Positions 20,763 to 29,609 of a stretch of DNA of 64,000 bases are shown here, one piece after another. The stretch's first letter is position 1, and each line of letters opens with the position of its first letter. The translations under genes and the position numbers were made by a program. This DNA is from an uncultured Clostridia bacterium (GTDB lineage: Bacteria > Bacillota > Clostridia > Christensenellales > CAMQZB01): contig CAMQZB010000002.1 in assembly GCA_947039455.1 (NCBI GenBank), forward strand, positions 97,393 through 161,392. The letters are read 5' to 3'. The notes beneath the pieces were generated by a model. It was given only the letters and a program-made list of their open reading frames with translations. It searched no databases and was not told where the DNA came from.

Positions 20763-21110
20763 ATGAAAGCATTATTTAAAAAACCAAACATGGAAGCGGA
20801 AGTAATTGAATTAAAAGACGAACTATCCGAATATCAAGATTTAGTATGTGGAGGGATTGAGTGTGTCCGTATGCCTAACAACAGCGACTTACTTATGATA
20901 GTAAATGATGAGGGGAAGTTGATAGGGTTAGGTGACAATATAAAATACGGTAACGACACTCTAAACGGAAACATTCTAGTAGTAGGTGACGACAGCGAAA
21001 ACGAATCGTTCAGAGGGTTGACGGATACAGAAATTCAACAAACCAACAAATATTTCAAAGATAATTACATAGAAAAAGAAAAACCAGTTTGCGAAATAGT
21101 ATTTCTTTAG
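20763..21110 (+). CDS. DUF3846-like protein
   Basis: 115 aa. The pattern ...EVIELKDELSEYQDLVCGGIECVRMP...LLMIVNDEGKL matches DUF3846 as I recall it, a family common in conjugative-element leading regions. Confidence 0.5.
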   Translation: MKALFKKPNMEAEVIELKDELSEYQDLVCGGIECVRMPNNSDLLMIVNDEGKLIGLGDNIKYGNDTLNGNILVVGDDSENESFRGLTDTEIQQTNKYFKDNYIEKEKPVCEIVFL

Positions 21111-21166
21111 AAAATGAGTAGGAGGGTAAAAAAAGAACCACTCAATAATGAGTAGTTCCTAAATTG

Positions 21167-21424
21167 TTAATATTGATAATGACCTTTGCAAGCAAGGATA
21201 ATTAGATTGTCATTTTCCACAATATAGATAAGCCTATGTTCGGAATTAATTCTACGAGAAAAAGCCTTTCTGAACTTCAAAAGTTCAGGTTTACCAGTAC
21301 CGGTAGCAGGGCCATTTCTTTCAATATCTTTAATAAGTGCATTGATTTTCTTCAAAATAGATTTGTCGATCACTTGCCAATACAAGTATTGTTCCCAAGA
21401 AATATCTGAGAAAATCTTATTCAT
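21167..21424 (-). CDS. yoeB: YoeB/Txe-family toxin
   Basis: FSDISWEQYLYWQ...KKINALIKDIERN...GTGKPELLK...FSRRINSEHRLIY...ILACKGHY. ATGAATAA overlap with the antitoxin stop. The track ORF starts 12 nt further upstream. Confidence 0.85.
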   Translation of the reverse strand: MNKIFSDISWEQYLYWQVIDKSILKKINALIKDIERNGPATGTGKPELLKFRKAFSRRINSEHRLIYIVENDNLIILACKGHYQY

Positions 21425-21671
21425 CCTCAACCTCAATTAAGTTATGAGAAGAACATTTTCCTTCTTTTATTTGAGAAAAAGAGCGGTCAAGCATATGAAG
21501 ATATTCAGTGTTTTTGGCTAGTTTATTAAGTGCATTGAATTGATCAACGGACAAAAGAACAACGTTGTTTTCGCCTTTGCGAGTAATGACAACTTCTTCG
21601 TTGTCTGAACAAACGATATCACAATAGCTTTTTAGATTATCTCTAACTGTTGAGTAGTTTACTGCTAACAT
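21417..21671 (-). CDS. yefM: Phd/YefM-family antitoxin
   Basis: MLAVNYSTVRDNLKSYCD...VVITRKGENNVVLLSVDQFNAL. RBS AGGAGG. Confidence 0.85.
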   Translation of the reverse strand: MLAVNYSTVRDNLKSYCDIVCSDNEEVVITRKGENNVVLLSVDQFNALNKLAKNTEYLHMLDRSFSQIKEGKCSSHNLIEVEDE

Positions 21672-21686
21672 ATTTACCTCCTAATC

Positions 21687-21702
21687 GTACAATATATTGT
21701 AC
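21687..21702. promoter_or_regulatory. Probable YefM-YoeB operator: perfect 16-bp palindrome GTACAATATATTGTAC
   Basis: It lies between the minus-strand TATAAT box and the yefM RBS. It contains the TGTACA-type half-sites known from yefM-yoeB operators. Confidence 0.5.
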
Positions 21703-21763
21703 AACTATTATAATCTATTATATGCGAAAAGTCAATAAAAATTTTAAAATAAGGAAAAAATTT

Positions 21764-24700
21764 ATGAAAAATATAAAATCTGAAAATTATTTAACCATAA
21801 AAATCAAAGTAATATTGCTGCTAGTAGCGTTGTTGCTTATTAGTACATTGCAAGTAACTACAGCGCATGCTGATGTTGTTGAGCTTGGCCATGAGACATT
21901 TGCTAATGAAACTTGTCCTGAGTGTTTGGGGAATGAAACGGTTACTTGTACGCGGTGTGACGGAAGTGGAAAAACCACTTGTTATAAGTGTAAAGGCACT
22001 GGCGATGTTGAGGGTAAATGTGATGCGTGTAATGGTCGCGGTGAAGTTTATGGATACTTTAGCTGTAGCGATTGTGACGGCACCGGCGAATGCCAACTGT
22101 GTCCATCAAGCGGAGTTGGTCCATGCGTTTGCAATCCTCGCGGAGTATGCAATACGTGTGACGGAAAAGGAAAAGAATGGAGATATAGTCCATGCGAAAA
22201 ATGTGACGCGGACGGTATTTTAGAAGGTAGTGCATCATGCGAAACTTGTAGCGGTCGCGGTAATGTAACATGTTCAAGGTGCGATGGGCTAGAAGTTGAA
22301 ATGTGTCCAACATGTGACGGAGATGGTGAAGTATACGTGCCTGAAACTCCATCAAATTTGAAAATCAATTACACAAATTACGAGGGCGGAACGAAAGCTA
22401 ATCCGACGCAAATTTACTTTGACAAAGATGTTTCGATATCTTGGAACATAGTAGATAAATGCAGAATTACAATAACAGGCGGACCACTCCAAGAGCAATA
22501 TGATAATACTTCAACAGTAACTAAAACCACTCTTGAAGCGAAAGAAAACGGATATATAGTCTATACCGTTAAATCGGAAAACAAAGAAAGTATCCAAGGT
22601 GAAAGCGGAGCAAAGGCGTTGTATTACGAAATAATAATTGATACAAAAGCACCGATATTTGAAGTAGTTGCAGTAGGTTCGAATGATGTATTGTGGATTG
22701 GTTCGGAAAAGCAATTTCCATTAGTGATATTGCCTGAAGAAGTGTTTTTAGTAAGAGTAAAAGACGATAGCGATTACACGATAACATACATGGACGCAAC
22801 AACTACAACGGAGTACAAAGGAGAGAACATTACCGCAAAAAACAAGTTGGTTTACAAGTTTGTAGCAAAAGATAAGTGTGGAAACACATCAACTATATTA
22901 ATAGAGAGTAACTATCCTGCGCCATCAATTATAGTAGACGGAATACATTTAGATTGGGGCGAAACGGAAGAACAAGTAAAGACTATAAGATATAAAAATG
23001 ACGTTGAAATCTCATGGCAAAAAACCTTTAATGGAAAGATATTTATATCATCAAATAAAGGTGAAATCGAGCTTAATGGAGGTGCTGACGGGGAGTATCT
23101 ATTAACAACTGACGAAAATTCTGAAACTACATATTCTATAAAAACGGTTAATGGAGATAAAGACGAATACAAGTATTACAAGATAGTTATTGACAAAGAA
23201 AAGCCTACTGAAAACTACGATAGATTAATTGAAAACGCTGACTTTCACAAGACTAAATATTATAAGTTCAATAACATGTATTACTTTGAATATGAGAATG
23301 CTGAACAAGCGTATGTCGACTACACAATTAGTAATAACGCAACTAAACATTACTGGGATGATGTGGATATTTTCGCTGAAGTGCTAGCGGATGGCGAAGT
23401 TGCAGTTAAAGGTGATTACTATAGATATCGTTACGGATCAGGGCAGTATAAATGCTATTTTGAGTATGATAATTTGATAGCTGAACTGAAAACGCAATAT
23501 AGCGAAATAGCGGTGATTGAATACTACAAAGGCAACAGTATCAGTGCAAATGCGCAATATGAAGATATGCAAGACAACGTTATTTCAGTAGGTGAAATTC
23601 AAGGGCTTTTAGTTAAAGATTTTGAATTTGAAGAAGGGAGTAGCATAACCGCGACAGTTCAAAAGCACGGAACGAATGAATCAATCACAGCGATTTACGG
23701 TGAGAGTTTGAAAGAGCAACTAAAGAACGTTCAAGGTTTATACGAGATAATTGAAACGGACGAAGTAGGAAATGAATTTATTTATTACGTATGTTTTGAT
23801 TCGGAAATTGAAGATTTTATTATCAATGTAGACAACTATGAAGAAGAAAAAATTGATGTGAGAATACCATCAAAAGATTTACATCAAGGCGTGTTTTATT
23901 ATAATTCATTTCAAATAAATGATGTAAGAGATTTAGATAGAGAATCGATAGTAAAAGTTACTGGGAATGACGGCGTTGCTTACTATAATTTGACACTTGA
24001 TACTATACCCAAGTTCGAAGAAGTAGGCACTTATGAAGTGGAAGTTTATGACCGATCATCTAACCGAATTTTCTTTGCGGTACACATTGGAACGGAAAGT
24101 GCCACGGTGAATTTTAATGAAAGATACAAGACTTTTGATATTGAAATTTCAGTACCAACATTAACTAAATATACGAAAATAGAAATACTAAGAAATGGCG
24201 AGTTATTAACATATGATGATGAAAATAAACCAATTACAAACAGCGTATATCAATATAGTTTTTCGCAAGAAGGGAAGTATGAAGTGATAGTGGTTGATAG
24301 TTTTGGGATAACTCATTCATATACTTATAGCTATGTTGCTGGCAAAGTAAGTTTTGAAGAAATAAATGGTATTTCAAACGGTGTAGCAAATGACGATGTG
24401 GTTTTGAAATATCACAAAGACAAAGGTACATTATTAATCACAAAAAATGGAGAGCCTTACATCTTTTCTGAAACGGTTGATACTGAAAATATAGCAACAG
24501 TAATTATTGATTATTCACCAATAAATGACGGAACTTATAAAGCTAAACTTAAGAGCAATTACAGCGACTATAGCGAATTTATCAATGAAGTAAATTTCAC
24601 GCTTAAAGTAGATAATTCTCCGAATCTTGTGGGAGTGAAAAATAATGGAGCAACGGAATATTCAGTATATCTCACGTGGAATGATGACCTAAACGCAACA

Positions 24701-26023
24701 GCAACTTATAGAAAAGACAGCGAAGCAATGCAAGCCTATAAGAAGAATCAAAAGCTGTATGAAACAGGCGAATATTTAGTAATAATTACAGCCCCAAACG
24801 GTGAGAGTTGGGTATACTCTTTCGTAATTTTATTAAATACAGAATACACCATAAAAGTAAATGATAGATACGTAAACAGTGTTGATAGTTTTGTTAATGG
24901 CTCAGTAAAATTTGATACAACAGATAAAGATTTAATACTGCTAGTAAAGACTGAAAAAGGAGTGAAGTTAGATATCAAATGGGGACAAGCTATCGTTAGC
25001 GAAGGTAAGTACGTGGTGACGGTAATCAAGAGTGGCGGTATTGATGTAATACGTTTTGAAATTGATAATACACCGCCAAAGGGGGTGCTTGATGGCGTAG
25101 GAAATGGTGGTAAAACGCAAAACGAAGTATCACTCAATTGGGCTGATCCAAGTACTACCGCAACAATAACTAAAGACGATGACAAACCTATTAAGTACAA
25201 GAAAAACGAAAAAATCACGGAGGGCGGAAAGTATACAATTGCATTGAACGACATAGCAAACAACGAAACCCTTTACACCTTTGAAATCGATCGCCAAGTT
25301 GATGCGGAAGTAAACATAGAAAACGGATTAATAACTAATTCCACAGTAGAACTGAAAACAAACGAAGATAATCTTGATATCAAAGTATTACTAAATAATG
25401 AAGAAATTGAAACGCCAGAAGAATTCATATTTGATAAAAACGGCAGTTATGATATTACTATTACTGACGAATTTAAAAACAGTAAAACTATGAATTTCAC
25501 AATAGTAAGCACACCGTTGAAATCACTTAACTATCAATTACCACAAGGATATACATGGGATAGCGTAATTACTGAAAGCGAAATAGTGGAAGATATTGAA
25601 GATAGCGAAATTAATTTAAATAAAGACGGTATTTACTCAATCACCTATGTGAATAAGGATAAAGGCATTCGACAACAGCTGAATGTGGTAATCGATACTA
25701 TCCCACCAAAGGCAACTATTGTTGGAGTAACAAATGGCGGTTCTACTGAAGAACTTGTAATCGTGCTTTGTGATGAAGAAAACGTAACAACGAAAGCTAT
25801 TCATGAGGGCAGAAACATTAATTATAAATTAGGCAAAGAGATCACTGGTTCAGGAGATTATGTCGTTGAAGTGTATGACCAAGCAGGAAATAAAACTGAG
25901 TTTACTTTTAATAGAATTTGGAAGATAAACACAGCAGGCAAAATAGCGGTTGTGGTTATGGGATTAACGGCTATTGGAATTAGTATTGACCTAATTAGAA
26001 AACGCAAAGTAAAGAGCAATTAA
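21764..26023 (+). CDS. Large secreted, C-terminally membrane-anchored surface protein with an N-terminal array of DnaJ-type C..C.G.G zinc-finger repeats and repeated Ig-like modules
   Basis: Signal peptide KVILLLVALLLISTLQVTTAHA. About 11 C..C motifs lie between residues ~60 and 220. Recurring modules include DNTPPKGVLDGVGNGGKTQNEVSLNW and DTIPPKATIVGVTNGGSTEE. C-terminal TM helix and RKRKVKSN. The ATG at 21764 with an AAGGA RBS is preferred over the track start, which overlaps yefM. Confidence 0.7.
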   Translation: MKNIKSENYLTIKIKVILLLVALLLISTLQVTTAHADVVELGHETFANETCPECLGNETVTCTRCDGSGKTTCYKCKGTGDVEGKCDACNGRGEVYGYFSCSDCDGTGECQLCPSSGVGPCVCNPRGVCNTCDGKGKEWRYSPCEKCDADGILEGSASCETCSGRGNVTCSRCDGLEVEMCPTCDGDGEVYVPETPSNLKINYTNYEGGTKANPTQIYFDKDVSISWNIVDKCRITITGGPLQEQYDNTSTVTKTTLEAKENGYIVYTVKSENKESIQGESGAKALYYEIIIDTKAPIFEVVAVGSNDVLWIGSEKQFPLVILPEEVFLVRVKDDSDYTITYMDATTTTEYKGENITAKNKLVYKFVAKDKCGNTSTILIESNYPAPSIIVDGIHLDWGETEEQVKTIRYKNDVEISWQKTFNGKIFISSNKGEIELNGGADGEYLLTTDENSETTYSIKTVNGDKDEYKYYKIVIDKEKPTENYDRLIENADFHKTKYYKFNNMYYFEYENAEQAYVDYTISNNATKHYWDDVDIFAEVLADGEVAVKGDYYRYRYGSGQYKCYFEYDNLIAELKTQYSEIAVIEYYKGNSISANAQYEDMQDNVISVGEIQGLLVKDFEFEEGSSITATVQKHGTNESITAIYGESLKEQLKNVQGLYEIIETDEVGNEFIYYVCFDSEIEDFIINVDNYEEEKIDVRIPSKDLHQGVFYYNSFQINDVRDLDRESIVKVTGNDGVAYYNLTLDTIPKFEEVGTYEVEVYDRSSNRIFFAVHIGTESATVNFNERYKTFDIEISVPTLTKYTKIEILRNGELLTYDDENKPITNSVYQYSFSQEGKYEVIVVDSFGITHSYTYSYVAGKVSFEEINGISNGVANDDVVLKYHKDKGTLLITKNGEPYIFSETVDTENIATVIIDYSPINDGTYKAKLKSNYSDYSEFINEVNFTLKVDNSPNLVGVKNNGATEYSVYLTWNDDLNATATYRKDSEAMQAYKKNQKLYETGEYLVIITAPNGESWVYSFVILLNTEYTIKVNDRYVNSVDSFVNGSVKFDTTDKDLILLVKTEKGVKLDIKWGQAIVSEGKYVVTVIKSGGIDVIRFEIDNTPPKGVLDGVGNGGKTQNEVSLNWADPSTTATITKDDDKPIKYKKNEKITEGGKYTIALNDIANNETLYTFEIDRQVDAEVNIENGLITNSTVELKTNEDNLDIKVLLNNEEIETPEEFIFDKNGSYDITITDEFKNSKTMNFTIVSTPLKSLNYQLPQGYTWDSVITESEIVEDIEDSEINLNKDGIYSITYVNKDKGIRQQLNVVIDTIPPKATIVGVTNGGSTEELVIVLCDEENVTTKAIHEGRNINYKLGKEITGSGDYVVEVYDQAGNKTEFTFNRIWKINTAGKIAVVVMGLTAIGISIDLIRKRKVKSN

Positions 26024-26064
26024 GCGGTATAAACCGTAAGCAAACGTTAAGGAGGTTCATAAAA

Positions 26065-26391
26065 ATGAACGGATTATTATTAAAAACACAAGCAGTAGTT
26101 TTAGCAACAACAGGTATAGATGTAGATGCGATTATAGATGTAATAATGGGGTTATTTAACGAGTTATTTATTCCAGGAGTAATGTGCGTAGTCACAATTA
26201 TTTTCTCATACTCAATAGTAAAGAATTTCATAGCATTAAACAGAAGTGAGGACGAGGGGCAAAGAATTGAAGCAAAGAAGAAAATCAAGAATTCATTTAT
26301 AGCATTAGCAGGTTGCTTTCTAGGACTAATCATTTTCTACATAGTATTACCACAACTTCAAGAATGGCTTGGGGGATATATGCAAGCGTAG
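26065..26391 (+). CDS. Small two-TM protein, VirB2/TrbC pilin-like
   Basis: 108 aa with two hydrophobic helices, placed just before the VirB6-like and VirB4 genes. Confidence 0.4.
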   Translation: MNGLLLKTQAVVLATTGIDVDAIIDVIMGLFNELFIPGVMCVVTIIFSYSIVKNFIALNRSEDEGQRIEAKKKIKNSFIALAGCFLGLIIFYIVLPQLQEWLGGYMQA

Positions 26392-26427
26392 TGCAATGGC
26401 ATAAGAATAAAAACAAGGAGGAATTCG

Positions 26428-29400
26428 GTGAAAAGTAAATTGAAATTTGCAGTTGTGATATTACTAATTGGAATGATAATTGCGACTATGTTTTCAGGAA
26501 GCACCTTAGCGTTAGCAGAACCGATAAATGATACATTTGACGGAAACTATTATCCAATGGACGATGCACTAACAGCAAAAGGCCCAAAGAAGTATAGATA
26601 CAAATACACAATACCAACCCAAGTAATTCAGCTAGAAACAAAATACCGATATAGATCATCAAGTTCAGGGGATGTAGACTATGAATACCTAACGCCAATT
26701 GGATTGTATATAGGCGATATTGCAATCCCAATAGGAGATGTGTCAAACTCACTTAAAATGCAAGAAAGCGGAAAAGGGTATGAGATGTATACCCCAACCA
26801 ATGGCTATAGTGCATTAACTGTAGTGAAAAGCGAAAGAGAAGTGTATGAGAACAGCAGCGGAAGTATCAGACGGTACGCAACAACATATAGAATACCTGA
26901 AATTACTTTCTATTCTGATACATTGCAAAGCGGCGCGTTTCTTACAAGGCACGTAAAAGACGACGATGACAGTTCTGGCGTAAGTTATTCATATCAATTC
27001 ACGCCAATGTCATATGACAATCCATCAACCCTATCATATTCAGTAGTAGATTTAGGCGCTTCAATTTGTATTGATAACAATCTAATAGAGGGCAGCGAGA
27101 ATGAAGCCTATCCAAAAACCATAGACTTTGACGATGTAAAAACCTTGTCATGGAGTGATGAATTAAGCCAAAAAGTAACAGTAAAAAAAGACGGCGTACT
27201 AGTAGGTCAATACATAGGTGCTGAGCAATCTGAACTTATAATCAAAGAATCAGGAGTTTATGATATTACTTGTGAGAACAACGGTTCAAAGTTCTATTAT
27301 AAATTCATAGTTAAACTAAAAGAGAAGCCCCCAATAGAATCAGGGGGTGACGGCTCTATTCATGTATTTGGTTCATTAAACATAGGTGGCAGTACGGTAG
27401 AAATACCCACCAATGCAAACATAGGGGGAAATACAGCAACCTATAATGGATTAGACAAAATAACATTCGAAAACTCATCAACCGATCCGAAATACAATAT
27501 CACATGGATAGAAACAACGGACAAAACTGGTACTAAGTATCTAATAGCGGATAGAAACCTACTTATAAATATATCATGGCAAGACTTGCAAAAGCAAAAT
27601 CTAATACATGGAACGGAAGTATATATAGACGGATTGAAATATACGCTTATGATACCAAGCAACAGCATGTGGGACGAGCTAGTCAGCAAAGTAGGAAGTG
27701 AAGAAATGTGGAACTACAATCTCCCTTCAGTAATGTCAGATATCATAACAGAAGGGGACGGCGGTTCGAAAACATCTATTAGAGGGGGAAACGTATTAGA
27801 AGATAGTGGGTTGATAGACCAATTTACCGCTAATTCAAGTTTTGGATTTAGACCAGTATTAGTTGCCAAGATGATAGGCGGCGGAAGCGGCGATGAAACC
27901 GATCCTGAAGAAGCACGTGGAATTATTGAAGAAGCAATCTTAGGTTCAATCGAAAAACTGTTTTTGCTTATTAGTGTACAACTATGCGGACTTATTGATT
28001 TGACTATTGGATTGTTTAAACAGCTAGTAGGACTTGAAAATGTAAACATAAATGGCGAAGCAAATCTAATCATGTTTTTCCTAGAAGATAACTCAATAAG
28101 AAACACATTAATAATCACAATGCTAATCGGCGTAGCAATGCTATTCGCCTTTACAGTAGTACAGTTTGTGCGTTCAACTAACGCAAGTGATTTAGGTTCG
28201 GAAAACAGCAAAATGCACCCTAAATACATATTCGAAAGTTTCATAAAATCCCTTTTCAACATAATAGTAATCCCCATGGCGGTGATAATGTTGATATCAT
28301 GTTCAAACATCGTAATGGGGCAACTTAACAAAGCAATGGAAGTTGGCGTAATAGGAAATTCCGAAGAATCAATAAGTTATGGCGGTCAAATGTTGCTGAT
28401 AATGGCAACTACAAATGAAGACAAAGCGCGATTACTAGACTTTGAAGGTATTGACGAAAACAACTTTCACGAGAGCTATGAATCAACTGGCGGAGACGAA
28501 AAGTATTTCCCAAACGGACAAATAACTAACCTAGTACCAAAAGGCGAAAACTGTATTTTATATGCACAAGACAGCATTTATCCGTCACTAACCTATATGG
28601 ATTTAGACAATTGGCTGTCGGAAGAAGGGTGTTATTACATACCCACCCAAAGGCTGAATATATTCGTAGGTTTCGTGGGTTCGGTATCCTTGTTAGTGGT
28701 TTTGGTGCTATGTTCATTTATGTTCGTAAAAAGACTATTTGACATAGTGTTACTGTATCTAGTTTCACCGTTTTTAATAGCAACAATGCCAATCGATGAC
28801 GGAAAGAGATTTAGCGCATGGCGAGATATGATGTTATCAAAAGTACTGTCCGCCTATGCAATTATTATCACAATAAATTTGTATCTAATGATCATACCAA
28901 AATTAACAATCAATCCAGGAATAACATTCTTTAGCGGTTCACAAAATTCAATAGCAAACGCAACAGTGCAATTGTTATTTGTAATCGGAGGAGCATTTGC
29001 ATTGAATGGTTCAAACTTGCTTTTCAGTCAGTTAATAGGATCAGGCACACAAGAATTTCAGCAAGGCACAATGTCAAGTATGGCAATGCAAAGCATGGTG
29101 CGAGCAGGTGCAGGAATTGCGGTTGGCGGTATTGGAGTAGCAAAAGCGTTGGGTGGCGGAGCAATCCGACACGGAGTAGGAACAGCTTTCGGCGGTGCTG
29201 GATATGCAAAGAATGCGTTTATGCAAACTGGCATGGGCAAAGGCGTAGGCAACTGGGCAAGCAGTATTAAAAACCGTCCAGAAAAATCACCTGCCGATTA
29301 CGAAAAGATGACACCAAAGCAGCAAGATAAGCATGACGGAAAGAAAGCTAAACAAGAGCAACAAAGAGTAGTACAAGATAACAAGCAAATCAGAACTGAA

Positions 29401-29601
29401 ATGGGAATGAGTACATCAAGCAACAAAGGAATCAACGTAGCAAGAACTATGGGACGAATTGGCGCTGATGTAATGAGAAACGGAATCAGTTCAGTGCCGT
29501 CAAGTATCAAGAATAACTATGCACAGCTAGGTCGTGAGGAGTATGTAAGAAAGAAAATTCCGGACTACAAAAGCCCAACGGACACTAGCACAAAAAAATA
29601 G
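26428..29601 (+). CDS. Large polytopic membrane protein (VirB6/TrbL-like channel component) with an N-terminal exported domain and a Gly-rich C-terminal region
   Basis: GTG start after AGGAGG. It has a signal peptide, a ~480-aa extracytoplasmic part, multiple TM helices and a GAGIAVGGIGVAKALGGGA segment. Its synteny with VirB4 supports the call. Confidence 0.45.
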   Translation: MKSKLKFAVVILLIGMIIATMFSGSTLALAEPINDTFDGNYYPMDDALTAKGPKKYRYKYTIPTQVIQLETKYRYRSSSSGDVDYEYLTPIGLYIGDIAIPIGDVSNSLKMQESGKGYEMYTPTNGYSALTVVKSEREVYENSSGSIRRYATTYRIPEITFYSDTLQSGAFLTRHVKDDDDSSGVSYSYQFTPMSYDNPSTLSYSVVDLGASICIDNNLIEGSENEAYPKTIDFDDVKTLSWSDELSQKVTVKKDGVLVGQYIGAEQSELIIKESGVYDITCENNGSKFYYKFIVKLKEKPPIESGGDGSIHVFGSLNIGGSTVEIPTNANIGGNTATYNGLDKITFENSSTDPKYNITWIETTDKTGTKYLIADRNLLINISWQDLQKQNLIHGTEVYIDGLKYTLMIPSNSMWDELVSKVGSEEMWNYNLPSVMSDIITEGDGGSKTSIRGGNVLEDSGLIDQFTANSSFGFRPVLVAKMIGGGSGDETDPEEARGIIEEAILGSIEKLFLLISVQLCGLIDLTIGLFKQLVGLENVNINGEANLIMFFLEDNSIRNTLIITMLIGVAMLFAFTVVQFVRSTNASDLGSENSKMHPKYIFESFIKSLFNIIVIPMAVIMLISCSNIVMGQLNKAMEVGVIGNSEESISYGGQMLLIMATTNEDKARLLDFEGIDENNFHESYESTGGDEKYFPNGQITNLVPKGENCILYAQDSIYPSLTYMDLDNWLSEEGCYYIPTQRLNIFVGFVGSVSLLVVLVLCSFMFVKRLFDIVLLYLVSPFLIATMPIDDGKRFSAWRDMMLSKVLSAYAIIITINLYLMIIPKLTINPGITFFSGSQNSIANATVQLLFVIGGAFALNGSNLLFSQLIGSGTQEFQQGTMSSMAMQSMVRAGAGIAVGGIGVAKALGGGAIRHGVGTAFGGAGYAKNAFMQTGMGKGVGNWASSIKNRPEKSPADYEKMTPKQQDKHDGKKAKQEQQRVVQDNKQIRTEMGMSTSSNKGINVARTMGRIGADVMRNGISSVPSSIKNNYAQLGREEYVRKKIPDYKSPTDTSTKK

Positions 29602-29609
29602 GAGAAGCA

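Noticed and set aside
21650-21763. N-terminal extension of the surface-protein ORF given in the track
   Set aside because: The extension overlaps the yefM start and its promoter/operator on the opposite strand. The ATG at 21764 has an RBS and is followed directly by a signal peptide.
21821-22368. Multiple overlapping ORFs on both strands within the Cys-repeat region (21821-22096, 21867-22223, 22048-22368, 22059-22355)
   Set aside because: The locally GC-richer, stop-poor repeat-coding DNA keeps several frames open. Only the plus-strand frame is continuous with a signal peptide and the 1400-aa protein.
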